DNA of 64,000 nucleotides from Octopus sinensis (lineage: Eukaryota): contig NC_043000.1 of the NCBI RefSeq assembly GCF_006345805.1, positions 23,622,001 to 23,686,000 on the forward strand, given 5' to 3'. The position numbers were made by a program, and so were the translations under genes. Position 1 is the first letter of the stretch. Every line of letters starts with the position of its first letter. The notes beneath the pieces are model-generated. The model worked only from the letters and a program-made list of their open reading frames with translations. It was not told the DNA's origin and searched no databases. This document shows positions 1 through 13,280 of this stretch, piece after piece.

Positions 1-275
1 TTGTTGCCAGTGCCGCTGAACTGGCTCCTGTGCAGGTGGCACATAAAAAACACCATTTGAGCGTGGCTGTTGCCAGTACTGCCTGACTGGCCCTCATGCC
101 AGTGGCATGTAAAAGCACCCACTACACTCTCGGAATGGTTAGGAAGGGCATCCAGCTGTAGAAACTCTGCCAGATCAGATTGGAGCCTGGTGCAGCCATC
201 TGGTTCGCCAGTCCTCAGTCAAATCATCCAACCCATGCTAACATGGAAAGCGGACGTTAAACGATGATGATGAGT
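1..275 (+). mobile_element. RTE-clade LINE 3' UTR copy (family A)
   Basis: Hairpin cassettes, then gcacccactacactctcggagtggttggcgttaggaagggcatccagctgtagaaac...ggacgttaaac and a (GAT)n tail. Confidence 0.8.
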
Positions 276-1584
276 TACATATAACTGGCCATGAGAAAAC
301 TGACCTTCAACTAATTAAAACGTCTGTCTTTGCTAGATTTACTTTGAAGTGTTTTTATGGTTAGTTTTCTGTCAAAGTTTTAAAATTACGTCTCTAAACC
401 CTTGACAAATTCAACTATGAGAATAGGTTATTTTTATGGAGGAGTTACCATGGTTTCTGTCTTAAATTCCTGGAGAACTATAATAAACAACAGTTGGTTG
501 AAATCTAAACCCTGATGGACTCCTAGTTGCATGCTAAGTTTTTCATTGGACCAAATTCAATCACAATGCATTGGTCAGCCTAAGGCTACAATAGAAGACA
601 CTTGCCCAAAGTGTTGTGCAATGAAAGTACATGGTTGCAAAGCAAGCCTTTTAACCACACAGCTGTGCCTACTTCATGATGAGAGAAAAAAATATGTTTT
701 TGGAAATTGAATATTTACACTTGAAAAATATTTTTTTATTTTAAATGTTATAGCTGGGTTGGTGTTTGTTTCTGTTAGGTCTTTAATTGCTGAAATAACC
801 AAAAACTCAAAATTTAAGACCGTAGTAACTTTTGTTTTTTTTCCTCCTGGAATATTAAACACCAATATTTGGTAGAAATTGAGACAGAATATTAAAGGTG
901 GTTTGCTAAATAAGCAGCTTGAGTTTTGATCAGATCAGCACCAGGTTTTTTTGTAAATATATCTTTTTTTTTATTGCTAGCTAATATAAACCAAATAAGT
1001 CTAAAGACAAACATATTCTGAAGAATCTCCTAGCAACATCATGAGCACAACTGATCTAAATGTTTTTTTGATATTTTCCAAGTGGAGTTAATTGAAATAG
1101 TCAATTTTAAAGGTGATGATAATTAACAAAAATCTTGATCTGATATACATCTAGGAAGCTCATGGTTTTATAGTTTTTTTAGGGGGTGGTCTATGTTGTC
1201 TATATTCTGTAGAATTAAGACTTCCGACCTCTTGAGAATTAGGAATTCTCATTCTCTAAAGACAGATGCTTTCAACAATAATAATTTCATTTACTTTACA
1301 TGTTAATGTAGAATGTGGCATATTTTTTTAAATGCAAGAAAGCTGCAACTGGTGATGATTTATTTGTTCAATGTGCATTTCATTACATTATGGTTTACAA
1401 AATATATTTTACAGTATGTTTTTATGTAGCCTCAGCACTGATGAAACAGACCTAGTAGGAATGCATATTTTTCTCTCAACTAGTACAAAGCCACAACCAC
1501 TCAATACTACTTCTCACTCCCAGTTAAGGGGGTTTTGATTTGCAAGATACTTGGGGCTCCTGTGCTGATACTAGTTCCATGTAA

Positions 1585-1993
1585 AAAGTGCTGGTGCCAT
1601 GTAAAAAACGCCAGTACTACATAAAAAGCACCTAGTTCCACATAAAAAGCACCCAGTGCTACATAAAAAGCACTCAGTGCCACATAAAAAGCACCCAGTG
1701 CCACATAAAAAGCACTCAGTGCCACATAAAAAGCACCCAGTGCCACATAAAAAGCACCCAGTGCCACATAAAAAGCACCCAGGGCCACATAAAAAGCACC
1801 CAAGGCCACATAAAAAGCACCCAGTGCCACATAAAAAGCACTCAGTGCCACATAAAAAGCACCCAGTGCCACATAAAAAGCACCCAGTGCCACATAAAAA
1901 GCACCCAGGGCCACATAAAAAGCACCCAAGGCCACATAAAAAGCACCCAGTGCCACATAAAAAGCACCCAGTGTCACATAAAAAGCACCCAGT
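1585..1993 (+). repeat. 21-bp minisatellite (cccagtgccacataaaaagca), about 18 good and 2 degenerate units, inside a family A copy (about 1560-2145)
   Basis: Direct reading of the tandem units; runs straight into the family A tail (gcacccagtacactct...ggagtggttggc). Confidence 0.97.
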
Positions 1994-3105
1994 ACACTCT
2001 ATGGAGTGGTTGGCATTAGAAAGGGCATACAGCTGCAGGGACCACGTGAGAACAGACAATGGAGCTTGATATTGCTCCTGGCCTTATCAGTTCCTGTCTA
2101 ATTGTCCAATCCATGCCAGCATGGAAAACAGATTATAATGATGAATTATGTACAGTTCTTATTGCAGAAAGATAATTTTGAAATAATTGTACAAACATTT
2201 TCAGAATGCCTTATCTGTTTATCTTTTTAAAAAAAATATTTCTCCATTCAGTAGAGTAATTTTTGTTTCTGCATTTAGCTACAAATTTGGAATTTTCCTG
2301 TTTTTGCTGGAGATATATCAGTCATATGAGTATCATTGTTAAAATGTAAGAAGAAAGAAAGAATGAAAAATAAATTACTTTAGTTTTTTAGGAAGTTTGC
2401 TTTACAACCTTGAAGTTCTGAGATTGATCCTCAATGCATGACACCTTGGACAAGTGTCTTATGTTAGTGGAATTTGGTACATGGAAACTGCAGAAGCCTA
2501 GTGTGTGTGTTTGTTTGTTTGTTTGTGTGACTTGTTGATATATACTGGCAAAATTATTAGCATGCTGGGCAAAATGCCTAACAGCATTTTGTCTGTCTTT
2601 GCATTCTATATTCAAATTCCACCAAGGTTGACTTTGCTTTTCATCCTTTCTGGGTCAATAAAATAAGTACCAGTTGGACACTGGGGTCAATGTAATTGAT
2701 TTATCCCTTCTCCAAAATTGCTGGCCTTTTGCCAGAATTTGAAACTGATATATACTGACAAAGGATGAATGCATTGACAAGAAAACTGATAAATTACAAC
2801 TTTTCAACTGAAGACCTTTGCTATACTTGTTCTGCACCAGGTTAGAGACACTCTCTTATCACTGCAGTTAACCAGTGATTGACTTGTTGGAAATCTGTCA
2901 TCAAAAATGCTTTTGTTCACCAGTTATGATATACCAAAAAAAAAAAACCCCAACAAAAACAATTATTCATGAAAATCAGTGTCCCTTTTTCCTTTTTTTA
3001 TCTTTGTTATTAATTATGATTAATTATCTTGTATTGGTAATCTATAAATTATTTTTTTTTATCTTCTAAATAAATATTATTTCTTTATATCACTTCTTTG
3101 CACAG

Positions 3106-3188
3106 GCTCTCTTGGGTGTTGGCAACATTGATATTATAGATATGGACATTATTGATATATCAAATCTCAATAGACAGTTTTTATTTCG
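3106..3188 (+). CDS. UBA3: UBA3 exon (83 nt), [28 protein letters not shown]
   Basis: cacag| acceptor and |gtaagt donor; E1 adenylation motif [16 protein letters not shown]. Confidence 0.96.
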
Positions 3189-6100
3189 GTAAGTACATTG
3201 GTTTCATTTTTACTTATTTATTTAATAATGCTGGCTATTGCTAATGGCAATACAGATTTCTTGCTTTTGAAGTAAGCATGACCTGGTTAGCATGGTAACA
3301 TGTATCTTGCCTTTTATTAATTGTTTAAAGTACCTGTGTAGTCACAAACACACCCTCTAGTTTCTATATCACTACTCGTCTCAGTGGAACATTGTAGATG
3401 TGACAGCTCGAGGAAGAGAAGGCTGCACCAGGCTGATACTCATTTTCAGCTGAGTTAACTGGAGCAACATGAAACAAGGTGCCTTGCTCAGAGATGCATT
3501 TCATATTACCCTTGTTGGTAAGAGTATATTGTTGGTAAGAGTCACCCTTCCATAATGTAATATTCAGACATTTTTAGGTAGCGAGCTGGCAGAAACGTTA
3601 GCACGCCGAGCAAAATGCTTTGCGGTATTTCGTCTGCCGTTACGTTCTGAGTTCAAATTCCGCTGAGGTCGACTTTGCCTTTCATCCTTTCGGGGTCGAT
3701 TAAATAAGTACCAGTTACGCACTGGGGTCGATATAATCGACTTAATCCGTTTGTCTGTCCTTGTTTGTACTCTGTTTTTAGCCCCTTGTGGGTAGTAAAG
3801 AAATAGGTATTTCGTCTGCCGCTATGTTCTGAGTTCAAATTCCACTGAGGTCGACTTTACCTTTCATCCTTTCGGGGTTGATTAAATAAGTACCAGTTAC
3901 GCACTGGGGTTGATATAATCGACTTAATCCGTTTGTCTGTCCTTGTTTGTACTCTCTGTTTTTAGCCCCCTGTGGGTAGTAACGAAATAGGTATTTCATC
4001 TGCCGCTATGTTCTGAGTTCAAATTCCGCTGAGGTCGACTTTACCTTTCATCCATTCAGAGTCAATAAATTAAGTACCTGTTGCATACTGGGGTCGATCT
4101 AATCGACTAGCCCCCTCCCCCATAATTTCGGGCCTTGTGCCTAGAGTAGAAAAGAATATTCAGTCCTTTCTTATTTTGGTTCAAGGCCAACTATTGTAAG
4201 GGATGGGGAAATTGGTTACATCCACCCCTGCCACCCCCACCACCTCCAGTACTCAATTTATTAACCCTGAAAGGATGAAAGACAAAATCAACCTCAGCAG
4301 AATTTGCACTCCTCATGATGTAATAGGTGATCGTTATACTTATCATACATTCAGTACACACGTTTGTCACAAGTGAAAAATTGCACAGCATTAGGTCTTT
4401 GTATGCATTTCTTTGTGTCTAATACTGACTTTAGTATTAAGATGTATAGACAGAGAAGTGCTTGGCGAGATTTTATTGTAATCTCTACATAAAATATATC
4501 AAAAACATTCACATATAAATGAAATGGAAACATGAATTTGAAAGTGGTCCTTCAATATAACTGGTGTAGTATACAAACATGAACCTGTTGTAATGTCAAC
4601 ATCATCATCATTGTCCATTTTCCATGCTGGCATGGGTTGGATGGTTTGACTGAGGTCTGAAGAGCCAGCAGCTGCAGCAGGCTCCAATCTGATCTGGCAA
4701 TGTTTCTACAGCTGGATGCCCTTCCTAACACCAACCACCCAGGCAGACCTGACATCGGCCATGTTCGGCTGGTGCTGTTTACATGCCACTGGCACATGAG
4801 CCAGTCGGGGGTACCGGCATCGGCTACATTCAGATGGTGCTTTTTACATACCAGTGGCACAGGAGCCAATCAGACAGGCCTGGCATCGACCGTGTTCGGA
4901 TAGTGCTTTTTATGTGCCACTGGCACAGGGGGCACTGGCCACAGCTACGATATTGGTTTTAGCTGTAGAAAAATATTTGTGCAGATTATATGTGAATCAA
5001 TGAGATAGTTTGCTTTGATGTTGCTTCAAGATTCATTCATTTCCAAAATAACCTGACATTTGAAACTTCATATTGGAAATCAACTGGTTTTCCAAGGGTC
5101 TCATTGACATGCATTGAAATACTTACACTGTTAATTGCTGCTAACTTTTTTTTTATTATTCAATTTTACCTATAAAGTGATTAGAATTCTTGGGAGGGAA
5201 TATTTTATTAGTAAGGTGGTGAGCTGGTAGAATCATTACCATGCTTTACAGAATACTCAGCAGCATTTCGTTCAGGGTTCAAATTCGACTGTGACTGACT
5301 TTGCCTTTCATCCTTTCAGGGTCAATAAGGTAAGTACTAGTTGAGCACTAAGATCAATGGAATCAACTTACTGCCTTCCCTGAAATTGCTGGTCTTGTGC
5401 CAGAATTTGAAACCAATATTTTAAGGCAGTGAGCTGCCAGATAAAATGCTTACTCTTTTACTTGTTTCAGTCATTTAACTGTGGCCATGCTGGAGCACCA
5501 CCTTTAGTCGAGCAAATCGACCCCAGGACTTATTCTTTGTAAGCCTTATACTTATTCTATCAGCTCTATTGCTGAACTGCTAAGTTACGGAGATATAAAC
5601 TCACCAGCATCGGTTGTCAAGCGATGTTGGCGGGGACAAACACAGACACACAAACATACACACACACACACACACATATATGACGGGCTTCTTTCAGTTT
5701 CTGCTTACCAAATCCACTCACAAGGCTTTGGTCAGCCCGAGGCTATATTAGAAGACACTTGCCCAAGGTGCCACACAGTGGGACTGAATCCGGAACTATG
5801 TGGTTCGTAAGCAAGCTACTTACCACACAGCCACTCCTACGCCTATGCTTAGTGACATTTTATCCATCTTTACATTCATAGTTCAAATTCTGATAAAGTC
5901 AGCTTTACCTTTCACCCTTTTGAGGGTCAATAAAATAAATACCAATTGCGTATTGGTGTCAATATAATCAACCAGCCTTTCTTCCAATATTTCAGGCCAT
6001 CTGCGTATAATAGAAAGGATTCTCCACCCCTCCCAAAATAAACTTGTTTTTCTTGTTTTCTCTTCTAAAGTTATAACTTACACTGCTTAAATAAGACCAG

Positions 6101-9100
6101 ATTTATGCCCATAAAATACTTGTAAATTAAATAAATATAATGCTGTTTCTTTTCATCATGAAATCTTCCCACAGGTTTAAGGTTATTTAGTGTTAAAGAC
6201 AGACTTATTATTCCATCTTCCTTATTCAAAGCATTCCACCTTGAGAATTTCCAACCAGTTTAATTACCCAAATAAAATATTTTGTTCCCATTGTGTAAAA
6301 GTTATTGATGAACTAACGAGATGTTAAATTTATTTTATAGGTAATTAATTAGTATCTAGAAGATAATTAAATCTAATGAAATACTGTTTAATGTTTAATT
6401 ACCACATAATAGTTCTCACTTGCGTTATAAATAGTTAATCAATGATGCATTTACAATCAGATGTATCTAGCACTAAGAGATCTGCCCCAAAACCTGAAAG
6501 TGGTTTTCATATAATGTGCTATATATACTACACACCGTGTGAATTGTGAAATTTTTTGACATATACAGGTGCAGGTGTGGCTGAGTGGTAAGAAGTTTGT
6601 TTCCCAACCACATGGTTCTGGGTTCAGTCTCACCATATTTCATCTTTGGCAAGTGTCTTCTACTATAACCTCAGGCTGACCAAAGCCTTGTGAGTGGATT
6701 TGGTAGACAAAAACTGAAAGAAGCCCGTTGTATATCATCATTATCGTTATTTAACATCTGCTTTCCATGCTGGCATGGGTTGGACGGTTTGACTGAGGAC
6801 TGGCGAGCCAGAAGGCTGCACCAGGCTCCTATTTGATCTGGCAAAGTTTCTACAGCTGGATGCCCTTCCTAACACCAACCGCTCCAAGAACGTAGAGGGT
6901 GCTTTTACATGCCACCGGCAAGAGGGCCAGTCAGGCAGTACTGGCAACGGCCAAGCTCAAAAGGTGTGTTTTATGTGCACCTGCATGGGAGCCAGTCCGG
7001 TGGCACTGGCAATGATCATGCTCGAAAGTTGTTTTTCATGTGCATCAGCATGTGCCCATAAGGCAACGCTGGCAACGATCACGCTCGAATGGTGCTTTTT
7101 ACATGCCACTGGCACAGGAACTAGTCAGTGGCCCTGGCAATATATATATATGTATATATTGATGGATATATGAGAGGTTGACTATTTCTTACCGGACAAC
7201 CACACAGATGATTTGTTTATAGTGATCAAATGTTTATGTACAAATAAGCTCGTTCTCTCCATCTGATCGACATTACCTGCACAGGTGTCAGATGTCGAAG
7301 TGATTGCAGAGCAACATGAAATGAAGTGCTTAGCTCAAGAACACGATGCCCGGCTTGTGTATGTCCCCTCCCCACTACTTGACACCCAATGTTGGTGTGT
7401 TTACATCCCCGTAACGTAGCAGTTTGTCAAAAGTGACCAATAGAATAAGTACCAGGCTTAAAAAATAAGTACCAGGGTCAATTTGTTTGATTAAAGTTCT
7501 TCGAGGTGGTACTTCAGCATGGCCACAGTCTAATCATCATCATCGTTTAACGTCTGCTCTCCATGCTAGCATGGGTTAGATGATTTTGACTTAGGGCTGG
7601 CGAACCAGATGGCTGCACCAGGCTCCAATCTTGATCTGGCAGAGTTTCTACAGCGGATGCCCTTCCTAACACCAACCACTCCGAGGGTGTAGTGGGTACT
7701 TTTTACGTGCCACCAGCACGAGAGTCAGTCAGGCAGTACTGGCAACAACCTCGCTTGAATCTTTTTACACGTTCCACCGGCACAGGTGCCAGTAGAAAAA
7801 TAAGACATTTTTGACCTATTGACCCAGAACATGAGAGAATAGGTGACCAGTGGACACACTTTTCTCTTGTATCCATTGCTACATTGTATGAGAAAGAGAT
7901 GGAGATGGGGAGCATTTTGTTTGATAGAGTGACCCGTGTAAAAATTAGCATAAAGGTATTTGATTTAGAATTAAGTGATGCAGGCCTTGTTCCTGCTTTG
8001 TGGTGCTGTCAGGTGGTGTTTTCTGTTGTGGTCACAGGCTGACCAATGCTTTGTGAATGAATTGATAGCCAGAAACCGTAAAGAAGCCTATCAACCAAGG
8101 TGTCTTGTAAAGAGCACTGTTGCTTCATCATCATCATCATCATCGTTTAACATCCGCTTTCCATGCTAGCATGGGTTGAACGATTTTGACTGAGGGCTGG
8201 CGAACCAGACGGCTGCACCAGGCTCCAATCTTGATATGGTAGTTTCTACAGCTGGATGCCCTTCCTAATGCCAACCACTCCGAGAGTGTAGTGGTTGCTC
8301 ACGTAAAAAGCACTGGTGCTGGTGCCATGAAAAAAACACTAATGATGGTCCCACATAAAAGATTATGAAGATGATGTGTGTGTGGGTGTGAGAGATCATG
8401 TACTTGTTTTGACATTTGCACTCATTGAAAACAGCCACTGTTCATACAAACGATGTCATTTGTCTGTAATCTTCTACAAAATCTTGTACAGCCATTATAC
8501 TGGTTGTAGTTTGAAGGACATGGGGAGTGACGGTGGATATTACTATTACTTGAAAATGAGTGAGGATTGCTGACAAGAATAGCATCTGGTTGTAGAAAAC
8601 CTGCCTCGGTAAGTTTCATATGACCCATGCAAATATGGAAAAGTGGACATTAAAACAATGATGATGATGATAATGGTGATAAATTTATTTAAAATCGTAA
8701 AGGAATTTCTAAGCTCTGCCTTTAAGATTCAAAGATTGCCTAGCAATGAATCAGAAAAAGAGGGAAGGTAAATTGAGACAGTTATTTATTATGAGATGCT
8801 TACTGAAAAATTAGCTCTGAATATATGAGGTTTGGGGTAAAGTGTTTTCTATTGGTTGATGGATCAGTTGTAGTGGTTGTGCTTCTTGTATTCTATAACA
8901 TGTAAGGTGAGCTGGCTGTTGGAATAAAGTTTGACTGCCTTTTTGATAGCTAAAAAAAGGATGTTTATAAGTTGATATATGTGTGCGTATGTGGTGAGTC
9001 TTTTAACCCATCGGGTTGTTGAGTCACCGTTAAAACTTCCGCTTTTATGTAATGCATCCTAGGTGAATCAATCTGGCAGCACTACATGATATATGAATTA

Positions 9101-9249
9101 CTGTGGGTCAGATAGATCAGCGTTACCAGTCTCATGGTTTCTGTCAAGCAGTTGTTAATGTGATGAAATGGGAACCAAGATTAATATTGGAGTATACTGC
9201 AACAGAAAACACTCTTAAAACCACACATATCTATGTATGCATGCGTGTA

Positions 9250-9283
<34 letters not shown>

Positions 9284-12200
9284 TACTGTCAACAGCCAGA
9301 CATATATCAGCATATATATACACATACACACCTCTTTATGTTTATAAAGAGACAGCCTATCCATCTCCAAGTTATTATATCCCCAGCAGATAAACTCATC
9401 ACTCCAAACTATCAAGCCATTTGTCAGTCTTATAATGTTGCTGTTGGTTACAGCAATGAGTTGTTCCTATCCTATGGAACCTATTTTTAGTCAGGTGGAC
9501 TGAGCTATTTAAGACCTAATACAATTTAAGCTACAGTATATGTGAATTGCTGTCTTCTCAGATGATTGTCTACAACTCTTCCTACTCTACCATCAGAGTC
9601 TTCATCTGCTGTAAGTGTATATACGTATGAAGAGACATATTTTGTTTCATTATTGACAGTTTGCATGTGTGTGTTTGTGCATGCATGCAGAGATGTCTGA
9701 GGCTTTAGGTGTGTGATGCATGTTGTGTGTTTGTTTGTTTTTTTTTCTTTTGCAGTAATCTGCAATATTGATTTTGGTTTCAGTTTTGTTAAATTAACAA
9801 TCATCATCATCATCATCATCATCTAACACCCTTCTTCCTTGCTAGCATAGGTGAGACGGTTTGTCAGGTGCTGGCAAACCAGAAGACTGCACCAAGCTTC
9901 ACTGTCTGTTTTAACATGGTTTTCCCGGTTGGTGCCCATCCTATTGGCTATGTGGTTAAGATGTTTGCTTTGCAACTGTGGTGTTGGGGGTTCAGTCCCA
10001 GTGCATAGCACCTTAGGGAAGTGTCTTCACCTGTAGCCCCAGGCTGATCAAAACTTTGTTAGGGAATTTGATATGTAGAATCTGTGGAAGGCCATTTTGT
10101 GTTAGTGTGTGTGTGCGCATCTTTGTGTTTGTGTCCCATGCCACCTTGCTTGACAACTAGATTGGTTTGTTTACATTCCTGTTGGTTCGGCAAAAGACTG
10201 TTAGGGTAGGTGCTAGATTTAAATGTTAGTACTGGGATCAGTTTGTTTCACTTAAACCCTTCAAAGTGATGTCCCAGCATGACCACAGTCCAATGACTGA
10301 AACAAGGGAAAGATAAAAGAAGATACCTTCACCATTTTTGCTTTTCCATTCTGGTTTCATTTGATAAAATAAAATTTACTACTTTTTAACCCTTTCGTTA
10401 CTGTATTTATTTTGAGATGCTCTGTGTTTCTTTCAATTATTCTAAATATAACAAAGAATTTAGTAAAATAACTTAGTTATCATTCAGCAAATATTAGGAA
10501 CATAAATTGCGACTAAGGTTTGGTGGAAGATTTTAATTCAAAATTTAGGAATACAAGACATTCGTACTACAGAGCCAGAGCTGGTTTTGGCCAGGTTGGT
10601 AACGAAAGGGTTAATGCTAATTTAAGACCATGATTAAAACAATGATACTAATATTTGGAAATCTTACTTTGTATGTTTTCTCTTTCAGGCCTAAAGATGT
10701 TGGTAAATCCAAAGCAGAAGTAGCTGCAGAATTCATCAACACCAGAATTCCCAACTGCAAAGTGAAGCCATATCCTTTGTTTCTAAAATAAAGTTATTAT
10801 TCAATGTGTTTAATTAGGTAATAATTTTAACCATGGCTATTTTTAGTGATTTCTTCTAGTCTGATATATATGACTAGCATTATGACCTGGCAACGCCGGG
10901 TCATAGTGCATATACAACTGCGTGCATGCGCACATACACACGAGTACTGTCCGACCAATCACATACAGCTAGCTGGCATTCAATTGGCGTATCAAATTTT
11001 GGGCATTTTGATTGGGTTTTGGATAGAAAATTCACAAAAAAGTCACTTCTATTGATTTTTTAATGGCTTTGCGGAGTGACTGGGGAAATGTAAAGATGTG
11101 CACGACCACCCTTGGACGGTTTTGAATGACCATAGAAAGTGCAAGCCCTCTAACTGAAAAATTGTGGATTTGTATAAAGGACACACACAGACAGACATTT
11201 TGCCGTTTAGAGATGGTGTTTTGAGTGGAAACTTGTGCATGATTCCTGTTTCATGTGGTTAGATTACTTATTTGGTAGTTACCACAATGTTTGTTGCATG
11301 GGAACTGTACTCAGCACCCTTTGATGGCCTGCAGTTTAGTGTTGGCTATCCGAATGCCTTCTTGGCAGGTAGAAGCAGATTCACGTCAATGAATAGTGAC
11401 CAATTAGACTGTTATCTGGGTAATATTGTCCATAGAAGAAGACATACCACAATGAACATCATGTATCAGTGTCTGAGTTCTGCTGTAGAACAAGGAACCT
11501 CGCAGCAGAGACTCCTCCCCATGCATCTGAGAGATCGCAGTTCCTGTCATGTGCTGTTAATGTTGTCCAGCAAGGGAGATAACTGCCTATCTATAAAACT
11601 TTTAGCGCATCTCATAATATCACAGCTATTGTTGTTGTGACCCCCTTCGGTCATGAATGATCATGAGATTGCACCTAGAAAGTTACCCTCTGAGATACAA
11701 GTCTGGGCAAGGTTGTTTATGGAAGACTAACAGTCGCCCATGCATACCAACCTCCCCTCTTCATGCCACCAATGTTATCCAAAGGAAAGGCACCTGTGAC
11801 GTCGTAGCTCATTTATTAACGTGCAAGTGACAGAGCAGTCCAGACATGTGTACCCTTAACGTAGTTCTTGGGGAGATTCAACAGAAAGCGGAAGAAAGAG
11901 TGAGAGAAAGTTGTGAAAGAGTACAGCAGGGTTCACCACCACCCCTTGCCAGAGCCTTGTGGAGCTTTGGGTGTTTTCATTCAATAAACACTCACAATGC
12001 ACAGTCTGGGAATTGAAACTGCAATCGCACGACCGCAAGTCTGCTGCCCTAACCACTGGGCCATTGCGCCTCCACTTTCACAGCTATATGTCAGCATATA
12101 TAGCAGAGAAGTAAATAGTACACTATTGATATTAGTATCAGCATCTGCTCCTCTTGTGCTCTTGAGCACATTGAGCAGTAAGCTGACACCACTGGTTTCT

Positions 12201-13247
12201 ATTGGTTGCAGTTTTTTCTGCTAACCAGTCATATGATATTGATCTCTTTCATGTCGGTTATGAACATTCTACACCATGTAATTTTTCAGTTTTCCTCTCT
12301 TTATTTGACCCTGCAATGGTGTCCATTTTACAATAGCATTGTTCAGGTTGCTGTGACTTGCGAGTTTTAATCTTGGAAGTTGAAAAGTTAAGCTGAAGTG
12401 CTTGTTTCTACTTGCACTAAAAGCCATGTAACATTCTTGACAGTGTCACCAATTATAACGATAAAAATATTTTGTTCTGGTGACAAACAAAAAGTGAATA
12501 TGAAGTCAGTGATGAAAAGGTGCCAAAAGATTAAATTATTGATGATGAGCAGTTCTTAGCTGACTTCATCAATCATTGAGGGAATGGTAATCATGTTGCT
12601 TACTTGTCTTCACATTTGGATATAGTGTTTTTACCAGAGATTTGATTGGTCACTTCTTTGCTGATGTCATCAATCTCTAACAGTATCCTGTTTCTGTCTT
12701 TATGTTCAGACACAGTGATTCAGGTTCAATTCCTTGGCAATGAGTTCATGTTTGGGACTGTCAAATATTCTTGCTACACACTAAAAGGTGCGTTGTGTTT
12801 TCAATAATTTCAGTAATACATTAAGGTAAATCTGTATAAGCATTATAACTGGTTTGTCTAGGTGTATTCAATTACACATGTACTACTTCTTGGCCTACCT
12901 TAACTCTTTTGTTACCATATTTCCATTGAAATACTTTACTTTCGTTTTAATTAAATTTGAAAATAATGAAGAATTTGGTAAAATTACTTTGTTATTGAGT
13001 TGGTGGTTAGGAACATAAATTAAGATAAAATTTTGATGGTCATTTCTTTTTATTTATATTACTCTTTACTCTTTTACTCGTTTCAGTCATTTGACCGTGG
13101 CCATGCTGGAGCACTGCCTTTATCGAGCAAATCGACACTAGGACTTATTCTTTGTAAGCCTAGTACTTATTCTATCGGTCTCTTTTGCCGAACTGTTAAG
13201 TTATGGGGACGTAAACACACCAGCATCGGTTGAAGAGACAAACATAT

Positions 13248-13280
<33 letters not shown>

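Noticed and set aside
1507-2069. Three overlapping ORFs: His/Lys-rich (HKKHPVP)n, Cys-rich (CGTGCFL)n and hydrophobic (ALGAFYV)n
   Set aside because: All are readings of one 21-bp minisatellite (a multiple of 3 with no stops) inside a retroposon UTR within an intron. There are no splice signals or other evidence of a gene.
11272-11640. 122-aa + strand ORF
   Set aside because: No recognisable domain. The - strand has weak resemblance to a decayed LINE endonuclease end, too weak to call.
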